This document shows positions 1 through 9,224 of a stretch of DNA of 64,000 bases, piece after piece. The position numbers were made by a program, and so were the translations under genes. Below the pieces are notes generated by a model. The model saw nothing but the letters and a program-made list of their open reading frames with translations, was not told the DNA's origin and made no database searches. How positions within the stretch are numbered: the stretch's first letter is position 1; the number at the start of each line of letters is the position of its first letter. Origin of the DNA: Vulcanimicrobiota bacterium (GTDB lineage Bacteria; Vulcanimicrobiota; Vulcanimicrobiia; Vulcanimicrobiales; Vulcanimicrobiaceae); contig CAVZQC010000005.1 in the NCBI GenBank assembly GCA_963777315.1, positions 32,001-96,000 of the forward strand, given 5' to 3'.

Positions 1-2
1 AA

Positions 3-788
3 GTGCGAAATGTGTATGCCTGCTGCGCTGCGGCGGCGTTCCTCGCCATGGCCGCGCCCGCCGGCGCTCAAACGACGCCGCGCGTGATCAGCGGTACCAT
101 TACGGCCGTTAACGGACATCTGGTTACCATACAGCGCAGCGACGGCACGATCGTCGTCAACGATCAGCCCGCGCTGGATCAGCAGATGACCGGAAACGTT
201 GCCGTCGGACGCCAAGTCGTCGCGCGGGGCCACTGGCAGAATGGAACCTTCTACGCGACCAGCTTTGCCGATGCGAACGTGTACGGTTATGCCGGCTTCA
301 ACGGTCCGGGCGCCGGCCTTGCCGGTCGCCTGCGCGGGGCGGTTCGAGGAACGGTCACGGCGGTGGACGGGCACCTGGTAACGGTGCGCGGGACGGACAA
401 CTCTATCGTCATCAACGACCAGCCGGCGCTCAGCCGCAAAATGACCGGCAACGTGGCCGTCGGCCGCGACATCGTTGCGTCGGGCTACTGGCGCGGCGGA
501 ACGTTCTATGCCACGACGATTTCCGACGCAGCCTCGGCGGACGTGCAAACCATGCCGAATTTCGGCGCGTTTGCGCGAAGGCCCGACAGTTTGAGCGGAA
601 CGATCAGCTCGGTGAGCGGCAATCAAGTGACATTGCAGCAGTCGACTCGTTCCATCGTCGTGAACGATCAGCCGGCGCTCAACGCGCGCAGCACCGGCAA
701 CGTTGCCGTAGGACGCCAAGTCGTCGCCGACGGCTACTGGCTGCACGGCATTTTTTACGCAACCAGTTTCGCGGACGCGACGCCGTAG
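3..788 (+). CDS. Secreted protein with three tandem OB-fold/DUF5666-like repeats
   Basis: Signal peptide ending APAGA-Q. Three ~58-aa repeats (SGTI..V.G..VT...NDQPAL...TGNVAVGR.VVA.G.W..G.FYAT). The GTG start is at the window edge. Confidence 0.75.
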   Translation: MRNVYACCAAAAFLAMAAPAGAQTTPRVISGTITAVNGHLVTIQRSDGTIVVNDQPALDQQMTGNVAVGRQVVARGHWQNGTFYATSFADANVYGYAGFNGPGAGLAGRLRGAVRGTVTAVDGHLVTVRGTDNSIVINDQPALSRKMTGNVAVGRDIVASGYWRGGTFYATTISDAASADVQTMPNFGAFARRPDSLSGTISSVSGNQVTLQQSTRSIVVNDQPALNARSTGNVAVGRQVVADGYWLHGIFYATSFADATP

Positions 789-799
789 CGTCCAGCATG

Positions 800-862
800 T
801 AGTGTCCTCCAGTCAGAAGCCCGCTGACTTTCTTGCCATCAACTTCTGACTGGAGGACACTA
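800..862. repeat. Perfect 20-bp inverted repeat, MITE/REP-like
   Basis: TAGTGTCCTCCAGTCAGAAG (800-819) and its exact reverse complement (843-862) flank a 23-nt spacer; both ends are TA. Confidence 0.75.
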
Positions 863-933
863 GAACGGCGCAACAAAGGCCGTCCCGGTGAAAGTCCGGG
901 CGGCCTTGCCGTAATAAAAGGAGCCGCTGCGCG

Positions 934-2466
934 ATGGCGCAGAAGCGAGACGAGCGCTCCGCCGCACTGCGGAGATCCGGGAGGTTCAACATCTACACGA
1001 GGCGCGCTACATACAGCTCGCTGCTTCCTATACTGCTCGTTTTGGCCGTGCTCGGCGCGTTCAGCGTCGGCGCTGGACTCTACCTGCACGGGCAAATAGC
1101 AGCCTCACTCCAGGCGTCGGAGCAGATTCGGCAGGCCCGTGCCGATGCGTTCGCCGTCATTCGCGGGCAGCTCGATGAAGAAACCGGTTTGCGCGGGTAT
1201 GCCGCCACCGGTGACTCCGTATTTTTGGAGCCATACCGCTTTGCGCGTGCCGTGTTACCCCGCGATCTGGCGCACCTTCGCGCGCAGGTCTCCAACTTGG
1301 ACATTTCGCGTGCGGCGCAGCTCGTAGACGAGACGGGCAGTCTGAACCGGGAGTGGCTCGCGACGGTCGCCGATCCTATTTTACGCAACCGCGCAACGGG
1401 CGCCACCCTGCAGCTTCGCGGGAAGTCGCTCGTGGATCGGTTCCGCGCGGCAATGAACGGCATCGATGCACTGTTGGATCGGCGGGAGCGCAGCGCTGCG
1501 GCCCACATTCAAAATGCCATAACCCGCATCGTGCTGCTGCTCTTGGGCGTTATTCTCGTGCTGCTGATCGGGACGATGCTGTTCGCACTCTTTCAAGCGC
1601 GCCTATCGAGCGCCTTGGAGCGCGAGCGCAACCGCAGCGAACTGCAACGCGAAGAAGCCGCGGCGCTGCGGGCTGCCTATCAAACCGAAAAGCATATCGC
1701 AGATACGCTGCAGGAAGCGTTCGTGCAGCGTCCTTTGCCCGCGCATCCTTCGTTGCATTTCAGCGCGATGTACACGCCGGCGGCCGAAGAGAGCAAAGTG
1801 GGCGGCGATTGGTACGATGCGCTGGAAATTTCGAACAACCACGTTTTGTTCGCAATCGGCGACGTGGCCGGACACGGCATCGGGGCTGCGGTCGGCATGA
1901 ACAGAGCTCGGCAGGCCATGATGTCCTCCGCGTTGGCCCAAGCCGATCCGGCGTCGATACTGGCGCGCGTAAATGCCGAGCTGCTGCAGCAGGACTCGCC
2001 TATGGTGACGGCTCTCGTCGGATTTGCCGATCCGCACGCGTGTGAGTTCTCGTACGCGACTGCCGGACATCCGCCGCCCGTGCTGCTCGAGCCCGGTCGA
2101 CCGCCAAGACTGCTCCATTATGGCGGACTTCCCCTCGGCGTCTTTGCCGATGCTCAATATTCCACGCAGCATGTGCAAAGCGTCCCCGGAGCGACTCTGG
2201 TGCTATATACCGACGGTGCGGTGGAACACTCTCACAACGTCATCGAAGGCGAGCAGTTGCTGCTGCGCGCGGTAAGCCAAGCCGGCTTCGGCCAACAGGC
2301 CGACCCGGCGGCGGCAATACATCATGCTATTTTTGCGCAGCGCAGCGCTGGCGACGACGTTGCAATCCTGACTGTGGGCTTTGCGGGGACGCCGCTGACG
2401 CAGGTTCGCGTGTCGGCGGATCGAGCCGACACCGGGCTGGCCGCACGCATCGCGACGTCGCGGTAG
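934..2466 (+). CDS. CHASE3 sensor + PP2C/SpoIIE (RsbU-like) phosphatase
   Basis: Two TM segments flank DEETGLRGY...FLEPY (CHASE3). SpoIIE motifs VGGDWYD, GDVAGHG, AGHPPP, LYTDG and DDVA. AAGGAG RBS upstream. Confidence 0.9.
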   Translation: MAQKRDERSAALRRSGRFNIYTRRATYSSLLPILLVLAVLGAFSVGAGLYLHGQIAASLQASEQIRQARADAFAVIRGQLDEETGLRGYAATGDSVFLEPYRFARAVLPRDLAHLRAQVSNLDISRAAQLVDETGSLNREWLATVADPILRNRATGATLQLRGKSLVDRFRAAMNGIDALLDRRERSAAAHIQNAITRIVLLLLGVILVLLIGTMLFALFQARLSSALERERNRSELQREEAAALRAAYQTEKHIADTLQEAFVQRPLPAHPSLHFSAMYTPAAEESKVGGDWYDALEISNNHVLFAIGDVAGHGIGAAVGMNRARQAMMSSALAQADPASILARVNAELLQQDSPMVTALVGFADPHACEFSYATAGHPPPVLLEPGRPPRLLHYGGLPLGVFADAQYSTQHVQSVPGATLVLYTDGAVEHSHNVIEGEQLLLRAVSQAGFGQQADPAAAIHHAIFAQRSAGDDVAILTVGFAGTPLTQVRVSADRADTGLAARIATSR

Positions 2467-2514
2467 CGTTCGCAGCGCGAAGGATTTTCTACAACGCTTC
2501 CCGCCATAATAGGC

Positions 2515-5500
2515 ATGAATCGTTGCGTAACCGTTCTTCTTAGTGCCATTGCGGCGGCGCTTGCGTTGTCCGCGTTCGCGGGCGCAGCTGCCGCGCCGCC
2601 GTCCGTGCCGCAAACGCTCGGCAAGCTGCATTGGCGCAACATCGGTCCGTTCATCGGCGGCCGAGTCGTCGCCGTCGCCGGCGTGCCCAGCGATCCGGAT
2701 CTGTTTTACATGGGCGGCGTGGAAGGCGGCATTTGGAAGAGCACCGATTACGGCCAGCGCTGGACGAACATCAGCGACGGAAAGATTCCGGGCATTGCGG
2801 ACAGCATCGGCGCGCTGGCCGTTGCACCGTCCAACCCTCGCGTGATTTATGCCGGAACCGGTGAAGCCGACATCCGCAGCGACTTCGATACCGGCGACGG
2901 AATCTACAGGACGACGGATGCGGGCAAGACGTGGCAGTATGCCGGTTTGCGCGACACGCACATGACGTCGTCGCTGGCGATCGATCCGCGCGATTCGAAC
3001 GTGGTGTATGCAGACTCGATGGGGCACGTATTCAAACCAAACGCGCAGCGCGGCGTGTTCAAAACGACGGACGGCGGCAAGACTTGGCGCAAAGTGCTGT
3101 ACGTCGACGAGGATACGGGCGCGAACGTCGTCGTGATGGACCCGCACGATTCCAGAGTGCTGTACGCGGCCATGTGGCAAGCGCAGCGCACGCCCTGGGC
3201 CTTGACGAGCGGCGGCCCCGGAAGCGCCTTATATAAAACGGTCGACGCCGGCGCGCACTGGACGAAGATTTCAACGCATCCGGGGTTCGCGCATGCGCTC
3301 CTCGGCAAAATCGGCGTGGCCGTTTCCGCGGCGGATCCGCTCGTGGTCTACGCGATAGTGCAAGCACATGACGGAGGGGTGTTCCGCTCGGCAGACGGCG
3401 GCGCCACCTGGAAGCGGGTGAACAGCCAGTGGAACCTGCGCCAGCGCGCCTTTTACTACATGGCAATCTATGCCGATCCTACCAACGTGAACGTGGCCTA
3501 CGTGCCGCAAGTCGACGGAGTGTTCAAAACGATCGACGGCGGAAAAACCTGGCGTCCGATCATGCGGCCTGGGGATCACCACATCATTTGGATCAATCCG
3601 CGCAATACCAAACTGCTGCTCGAAGGCGACGACGGCGGCGCAACGGTGTCCGTGGACGGCGGAAAAACGTGGAGCACGGAAAACAATCAGCCGACGGGGC
3701 AATTCTACCACATCGCGCTCGATAACCGATTCCCGTTCCACGTTTACGGAGCCCAACAAGACGAAGGCGCATACGAAGGTCCCAGCGCGTCCAACGAAGG
3801 TTTGAACCTGGGCGCATGGCATACGGTAGCTTCGGGTGAAAGCACGTTCGTGGCGCCGCAGCCCGGAAGCCCGAACGTCACCTACGGCAGCGGCTACTAC
3901 AGCTTTATGGCGCGCATGGACACGCCCACCGGCGAAGTAAAGAACGTCACACCGTGGCCCAAGTACATGTCGGGCGCATCGGCGGCAGAAACACAATATC
4001 GCTTCGGCTGGACGCACCCCATTCTTTTTTCGCCGGTGAATCCGCACGAGCTGCTCGTCGCCTCGCAGATCGTGTTCAAGAGCGACGATTACGGACAGAC
4101 GTGGCAGCAGATCAGCCCCGATCTCACCCGAAACGACAAGCGAACCGAAGCCCCCAGCGGAGGTCCGATCGATCTCGATCAGAGCAACGCCGAAACGTTT
4201 CCCGACATTGCTTCGCTTGCGGTTTCTCCTCTGACCGGTGCGGTGATGTGGGCGGGTTCGGCCGACGGGTTGGTACACGTCACGACCGACGGCGGCGCGA
4301 GCTGGCATCTCGTCACGCCGCCACAACTCCCGCAGTGGGCGCAGATCAGCAGCATCGAACCCTCGCATATCGATCGCGGCACGGCATACCTGAGCGCCTC
4401 GCGCTACATGTGGGACGACTTTCATCCGTACGTCTTTAAGACGACCGATTACGGCGCGCACTGGACGCCCATCACGCAGGGATTGCCCGCCGATCAGTAC
4501 GTTTTCGTCGTGCGGCAGGATCCGCGCGATCCGCGCTTATTCTTTGCAGGCACGCGCAGCACGGTGTACGTCAGCTTCGACGGCGCAGGCGGCTGGCAGC
4601 CGCTAACGCTCAACTTGCCGGGCGTTCAGGTTCGCGACATTGCCGTTGATGCACGCCAAGGCGACGTAGCAGTTGCCACGCACGGGCGCTCGTTTTGGAT
4701 CCTGGATAATCTTAAACTGCTCGAGCAGATCGCCGACGGAGCCGCCCCGAGCAGCCCGATGCTTTTCGCACCCGAAACGGCATGGCTCTCGCACGCATAT
4801 GGCGAGTCGCCGTACGCTCCGACCGACGTTGGTGAAAATCCGCAATACGGCGCGAGCGTGTTTTTCGACGTACCGTCCGACTACGACGGGAGGCAGCCCG
4901 CCGCGCTGACGTTCCTGGATGCGCAGGGCAGAACAGTACGCAGCTTTTCCCTTCATTTGCGGCCCAAGCACGAGAAAAAACCCTCAGCCGAAGAACTTGC
5001 CGGCATGGATCACGCGCAGCAGATCGCGCGTGAGCTGAGCGAAGCGACCGCCATCGAGCCGGGCATGAACCTGTTTCTCTGGGACATGCGGTATCCGCCG
5101 GCAACCGAAGTGCGCGGCTTTCACATGCCGACGTCGGACGACATCGACGATGGAGTGAGCGGACCGACCGTGGTGCCCGGCACGTACACGGTGGCGCTGG
5201 AATACGGCGGCAAGAAGATGCAGCAGCGGTTCAGCGTCGAGCTCGATCCGCGATTGCACCCGGGACCGGAAGCTCTTGCCGCCCGTTTGTCGCTGGCCAT
5301 GCGCATTCACGGCACGCTGGACGATTTGAATCGCGCGATCGATGCTGCGATCGCCCGGCGGGATCGTCTTTCGCCGGCTAAGCGCGAGCAGCTCGACGGC
5401 GTGCTGGCTCAGGTCGTGCAGTTGAAGATTCGTTCCAGCGAGGGCGACCTGATGCACGAAACCAAGCTGCGCGACTATTTAGCATTCCTGATGAACGAAC

Positions 5501-5607
5501 TCGACATGGCATATCAGGCTCCGACGGCGGCGGAGTACGCTACGTACACGCAGCTTCAGGCGCAGACGAATGCGGCATTGACTCATTTGAACGCGGCGAT
5601 GCGTTAG
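2515..5607 (+). CDS. Secreted VPS10/sortilin-like BNR-repeat beta-propeller glycosyl hydrolase-like protein
   Basis: Signal peptide, WRNIGPFIGGR start, and many S/T-x-D-x-G-x-T-W Asp-box repeats. Confidence 0.88.
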   Translation: MNRCVTVLLSAIAAALALSAFAGAAAAPPSVPQTLGKLHWRNIGPFIGGRVVAVAGVPSDPDLFYMGGVEGGIWKSTDYGQRWTNISDGKIPGIADSIGALAVAPSNPRVIYAGTGEADIRSDFDTGDGIYRTTDAGKTWQYAGLRDTHMTSSLAIDPRDSNVVYADSMGHVFKPNAQRGVFKTTDGGKTWRKVLYVDEDTGANVVVMDPHDSRVLYAAMWQAQRTPWALTSGGPGSALYKTVDAGAHWTKISTHPGFAHALLGKIGVAVSAADPLVVYAIVQAHDGGVFRSADGGATWKRVNSQWNLRQRAFYYMAIYADPTNVNVAYVPQVDGVFKTIDGGKTWRPIMRPGDHHIIWINPRNTKLLLEGDDGGATVSVDGGKTWSTENNQPTGQFYHIALDNRFPFHVYGAQQDEGAYEGPSASNEGLNLGAWHTVASGESTFVAPQPGSPNVTYGSGYYSFMARMDTPTGEVKNVTPWPKYMSGASAAETQYRFGWTHPILFSPVNPHELLVASQIVFKSDDYGQTWQQISPDLTRNDKRTEAPSGGPIDLDQSNAETFPDIASLAVSPLTGAVMWAGSADGLVHVTTDGGASWHLVTPPQLPQWAQISSIEPSHIDRGTAYLSASRYMWDDFHPYVFKTTDYGAHWTPITQGLPADQYVFVVRQDPRDPRLFFAGTRSTVYVSFDGAGGWQPLTLNLPGVQVRDIAVDARQGDVAVATHGRSFWILDNLKLLEQIADGAAPSSPMLFAPETAWLSHAYGESPYAPTDVGENPQYGASVFFDVPSDYDGRQPAALTFLDAQGRTVRSFSLHLRPKHEKKPSAEELAGMDHAQQIARELSEATAIEPGMNLFLWDMRYPPATEVRGFHMPTSDDIDDGVSGPTVVPGTYTVALEYGGKKMQQRFSVELDPRLHPGPEALAARLSLAMRIHGTLDDLNRAIDAAIARRDRLSPAKREQLDGVLAQVVQLKIRSSEGDLMHETKLRDYLAFLMNELDMAYQAPTAAEYATYTQLQAQTNAALTHLNAAMR

Positions 5608-5610
5608 CCT

Positions 5611-5654
5611 CGCCATCCTGAAGCAGTGAACCAACTCGATGCCTCAGGATGACG
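5611..5654. repeat. REP-like imperfect palindrome between convergent genes, possible terminator
   Basis: CGCCATCCTGAAGCA (5611-5625) pairs with TGCCTCAGGATGACG (5640-5654) with 2 mismatches; a T-rich stretch follows. Confidence 0.5.
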
Positions 5655-5681
5655 CCGTTGCTTTTTGGACCAGCGTAGCGA

Positions 5682-6287
5682 CTAGATCATCTGCGTCGCG
5701 TAGAAGACCCCATTCTGAACGTATCCGTATGCCGTCACGTTACGGCCGACGTAAACGCGTCCGGAACTCTGATTGTCGAGCGCCGGTTGATCGTCGATCG
5801 TTATGGTGCGCGAATACCCCTGCCGGATGCTGACCTGGCTGCCGTTCACGCCGACTATCGTGCCGCTGATCCGCGCGTTGCCGCCGCTATTGTAGCCGCC
5901 GTTGTTGTAGCTCCCGTTGTTGTAGCTGCCGTTGTTGTAGCCGCCGTTGTTGTAGCCGCCGTTGTTGTAGCCGCCGTTGTTGTAGCCGCCATTGTTGTAG
6001 CCGCCGTTGTTGTAGCCGCCGTTGTTGTAGCCGCGGTAGCGTCCGTTGTCGTCGCGGTCGTTGTCGTTGCGATTGCGCCGGTCGTCCGCCCAGCGGTGGT
6101 CGTTGTCACGCTGGCCGCGGCCGTTGTCCGTGCCTTGGTGAGACCAGCCGTTGTGATTGCCCCTGTCGGACTGCTGGTGCTGTTGCGGGGGCCGATGCGA
6201 ATCATTGTCGGCCAGCGCCGGGATCGTGCTGATAAGCATGCCCGCGCCAAGTGTTGCTGCGGCGAGCGCAGCTCGAACGTTCATCAT
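5682..6287 (-). CDS. Secreted protein with YNNGG low-complexity repeats and a C-terminal OB/DUF5666-like domain
   Basis: Start reassigned to MMNVRAALAAATLG (signal peptide, AGCAGGT upstream). The C-terminal domain is paralogous to the repeats of 3..788. Confidence 0.8.
   Translation of the reverse strand: MMNVRAALAAATLGAGMLISTIPALADNDSHRPPQQHQQSDRGNHNGWSHQGTDNGRGQRDNDHRWADDRRNRNDNDRDDNGRYRGYNNGGYNNGGYNNGGYNNGGYNNGGYNNGGYNNGSYNNGSYNNGGYNSGGNARISGTIVGVNGSQVSIRQGYSRTITIDDQPALDNQSSGRVYVGRNVTAYGYVQNGVFYATQMI
5881..6030. repeat. 15-bp tandem repeat x10 encoding (YNNGG)n
   Basis: Unit CCGCCGTTGTTGTAG with few variants, in frame in the minus-strand CDS. Confidence 0.95.
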
Positions 6288-6388
6288 GATAGTGTACCTG
6301 CTTTGAGTTACCGTAGTCCGCGTATGCCGCGTGTCCTCAAAACGGAACGCCGGTTCCAAGCGTTGCTCGGCAAATTCCCAGGTATGGG

Positions 6389-9124
6389 CTACACCAGTAA
6401 GGCGGCGGCGACCGCGCGGTCTTGCGTCCATCGGCGGCCTTCTTCGCACAATTCGCGCAGTACGGCCTCGTCGAAATTTTGCCGCAGCCGTCTCATGACG
6501 CGATCGTACTCCTGCTGCTCGGTGTATTCGCGCGCAGTCTCCAGCGCAAGCAAGCGCGCATCGACAAAGCCCATCAACCACGCCGCGCGCCTGCGATCTT
6601 CGACTTGGGCATCGGCATCGCCGGACTGCTGCAAAGCTGCAATGGCGGCCAAGTGCTGCAGCGCAAACGCAACCGAAACGTCGACCTGAACCTCGCGAGC
6701 GAGCGCGAGTGCTTCTCGTGCGTGCGCGCGCGCGGGCTCGTAGCGGTCCAATGCGACGTAATACGCGGCGATGTTTCCCAAGATCGCCGCCACGGTGCGT
6801 TGCCGGCCGAGCTTTCGAACGGCATCGAGGGCCTTTTCGGCATATCCCAGTGCGATTTGCGCATCGCCGCATCTAAATTCGGCTTCGGCAAGCGTAGCGG
6901 CGGTAATCGCAACGTTTCCTTCGTCCGTGCCCTCTTCGAACGCGGCCGACGCCTGCGCGAAAAGCTCGCGCGCTCCGGTGACGTCGCCCTTCAACCCGTG
7001 CGCGGCGGCCAGGTCGCGCAGCGTTCCGCCCACGCGCCACGAGCCGGATTGGCGCCGCGTGACGAGCGATTCGCGCAGCAGCTGCTCTCCCTCGTCGACT
7101 CGGCCCAGATACACCAGCGAACGGCCCGCCAGACGCTGCGCTTCGGCCATTCCGGGCTCGTCGTGCAACTCGACGAACGCTGCCAACGCCCGCTGCGCGG
7201 CCGAAAGCGAGGACCGGAACTGGTTGAAGGCCGAGGCCAGAAACGCTTCTCCGAGTTGCAGCCGGGCTGCCACGAGCGGCGGCGTCGCATCGTCGACGCG
7301 TTCGAGCGCCGACTGAACCCAACGCCGTGCTTCAGCGGCGGCAAAAACGCCGAAGACGCGATGCAACGTCGCGGCCAGCCTTTCTCCCACACGCGGATTC
7401 CCGTCCGATCCGAACGACCACGTCAGCGAAGCGCGAATGTTTTCCAGCTCTCGCTCGGCGCGGCAAAGCCAAACGCGATAGGGGAGTTGCTCGTAATTCA
7501 GCGCGAGCGTTTCGGCCAACTGCGTGTACGCGTGCGCGTGGGCCGCCGCAGTTTCCATCTGCTCGGCGCACTCGATCAGCTTTTCGCGCGCGTACTGCCG
7601 GGTCGATTCGAGCAGACGATAGCGGACGTCTTGCTCGACCGGCTCGGCAAGGACGAGCGACTTGTCTACCAGCGACGAGAGCAGCTCGAGGGTTTCGAAC
7701 TCATCGACGCAATGCGCCGCGCCGACGGCGATCGCCGCGTCGAGCGTAAAGCCGCCGGCAAAAATGGAGACGAGCCGGAACATGCGCTGTTCCACGGGTA
7801 CGAGCAGATCGTAGCTCCAGTCGATGAGCGCCCGCATCGTTTGCTGGCGCGGCAGCGCAGTACGATCGCCGCCGGTGAGGATTCGAAAGCGCTCACCGAG
7901 TTTCTGCGCCAGCTGTGCGGGCGAGAGCATTCTCATGCGGGCCGCCGCGAGCTCTATCGCCAGCGGAATGCCGTCGAGCGCCGTGCAGACTTGCGCCACG
8001 ATTCGCGCGTTGTCGCCCTCGAGCGAAAAGCGCGGGTTCACCGCGCACGCGCGCGCGCGAAACAGCTCGATCGCTGCCGCGACGTCGAGCGACGGCATGC
8101 GATAAACGGACTCTCCGGTGAGATTGAGCGCTTCGCGGCTGGTCGCGAGCAGCGTCACTTTCGGGCAGGCGCGCAGAATGGCGGCCGCACTCGTGGACAC
8201 TGCGTCGACCAGATGTTCGCAGTTGTCCAGAATCAACAACAGATGCTTTTGCTTGAGGTGCGCGAGCAGCGAGTCGAGTACGGGACGCCCGGGGCTTTCC
8301 TGAAGGTCGAAGATCGCGGCGACCGCGGCGGGCACCAGCAGCGGATCGCTGAGCGCGGCGAGGTCCGCGAACCAAACACCGTCCCCGTACCGCTCGAATG
8401 CATCCGCGCCGGCCTGCAGCGCGCAGCGCGTTTTGCCCACGCCGCCGGCGCCGCACAGCGTAACGAGGCGTGCCTGCACCAGCAGCGCTTGGATGTCGCG
8501 CAGGTCTTGCTCGCGCCCGACGAATCCGGTGATCTGCGAGGGGAGATTGGTGTTGAGAACGTTGAGCGAACGAAGTTTGGGAAAGTCCGCGCGCAGATCA
8601 GGCGCAACGAGCTGAAAAACGTGCTCGGAGGCGGTGAGATCCTTGAGACGATGTTCGCCCAGATCGCGCATGGACGTGTCGCGCGGAAGCCTTCCGTCGA
8701 GGCGGCCGGCAACTGCGCCGGAAAGAACGATTTGGCCGCCGTGCGCTACTGCCAGCAATCTCGCTACGCGGTTGAGCGTGGGCCCGAAGTAGTCGCCGTC
8801 ACGTTCGTCGGACTCGCCCACGTGTATCGCCATGCGCACGCCCACGCCGTCGACGCCGGAAAAGTCTTGTGCGCCCAGCATTCGTTGCGCGGCCACCGAC
8901 GCGTCGATTGCGTCGTAAACGTCGGCAAACGCCACGCAAAACGCGTCGCCGAGCGTCTTGAAAATGTAGCCGTGGTGTTCGGCCATGGCGGCCTTGAACA
9001 GGTCGTCGTGCCGGCGCACCGCCTGCTGCATTGCCTGCGGATCGCGATCCCAACGCACGGTGCTGCCTTCGATGTCGGTGAAGAGGAAAGCGACCTTGCC
9101 CGAGGGCGGCGCGACGGGAACCAT
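6389..9124 (-). CDS. Class III adenylate/guanylate cyclase + STAND (NB-ARC-like) ATPase + TPR-like helical protein
   Basis: FLFTDIEGST, KTLGDAF and YFGPTLNRVARL (cyclase); Walker A GAGGVGKT, Walker B LLILDNCEH, and LDGIPLAIELAAAR. Start reassigned to MVPVAPPSG. Confidence 0.9.
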   Translation of the reverse strand: MVPVAPPSGKVAFLFTDIEGSTVRWDRDPQAMQQAVRRHDDLFKAAMAEHHGYIFKTLGDAFCVAFADVYDAIDASVAAQRMLGAQDFSGVDGVGVRMAIHVGESDERDGDYFGPTLNRVARLLAVAHGGQIVLSGAVAGRLDGRLPRDTSMRDLGEHRLKDLTASEHVFQLVAPDLRADFPKLRSLNVLNTNLPSQITGFVGREQDLRDIQALLVQARLVTLCGAGGVGKTRCALQAGADAFERYGDGVWFADLAALSDPLLVPAAVAAIFDLQESPGRPVLDSLLAHLKQKHLLLILDNCEHLVDAVSTSAAAILRACPKVTLLATSREALNLTGESVYRMPSLDVAAAIELFRARACAVNPRFSLEGDNARIVAQVCTALDGIPLAIELAAARMRMLSPAQLAQKLGERFRILTGGDRTALPRQQTMRALIDWSYDLLVPVEQRMFRLVSIFAGGFTLDAAIAVGAAHCVDEFETLELLSSLVDKSLVLAEPVEQDVRYRLLESTRQYAREKLIECAEQMETAAAHAHAYTQLAETLALNYEQLPYRVWLCRAERELENIRASLTWSFGSDGNPRVGERLAATLHRVFGVFAAAEARRWVQSALERVDDATPPLVAARLQLGEAFLASAFNQFRSSLSAAQRALAAFVELHDEPGMAEAQRLAGRSLVYLGRVDEGEQLLRESLVTRRQSGSWRVGGTLRDLAAAHGLKGDVTGARELFAQASAAFEEGTDEGNVAITAATLAEAEFRCGDAQIALGYAEKALDAVRKLGRQRTVAAILGNIAAYYVALDRYEPARAHAREALALAREVQVDVSVAFALQHLAAIAALQQSGDADAQVEDRRRAAWLMGFVDARLLALETAREYTEQQEYDRVMRRLRQNFDEAVLRELCEEGRRWTQDRAVAAALLV

Positions 9125-9224
9125 ACTCAGCACAGACTTACGCCGGCCGGTACCGCGGAAAAGAGGCAGGTGCGGAGTCGTCGCAGCACCAACGCCTTGT
9201 CGAACCATCATTCGAGGAGCGGCC

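Noticed and set aside
5881..6030. Possible CRISPR array
   Set aside because: Contiguous 15-bp units with no spacers, in frame within a CDS, and no cas genes.
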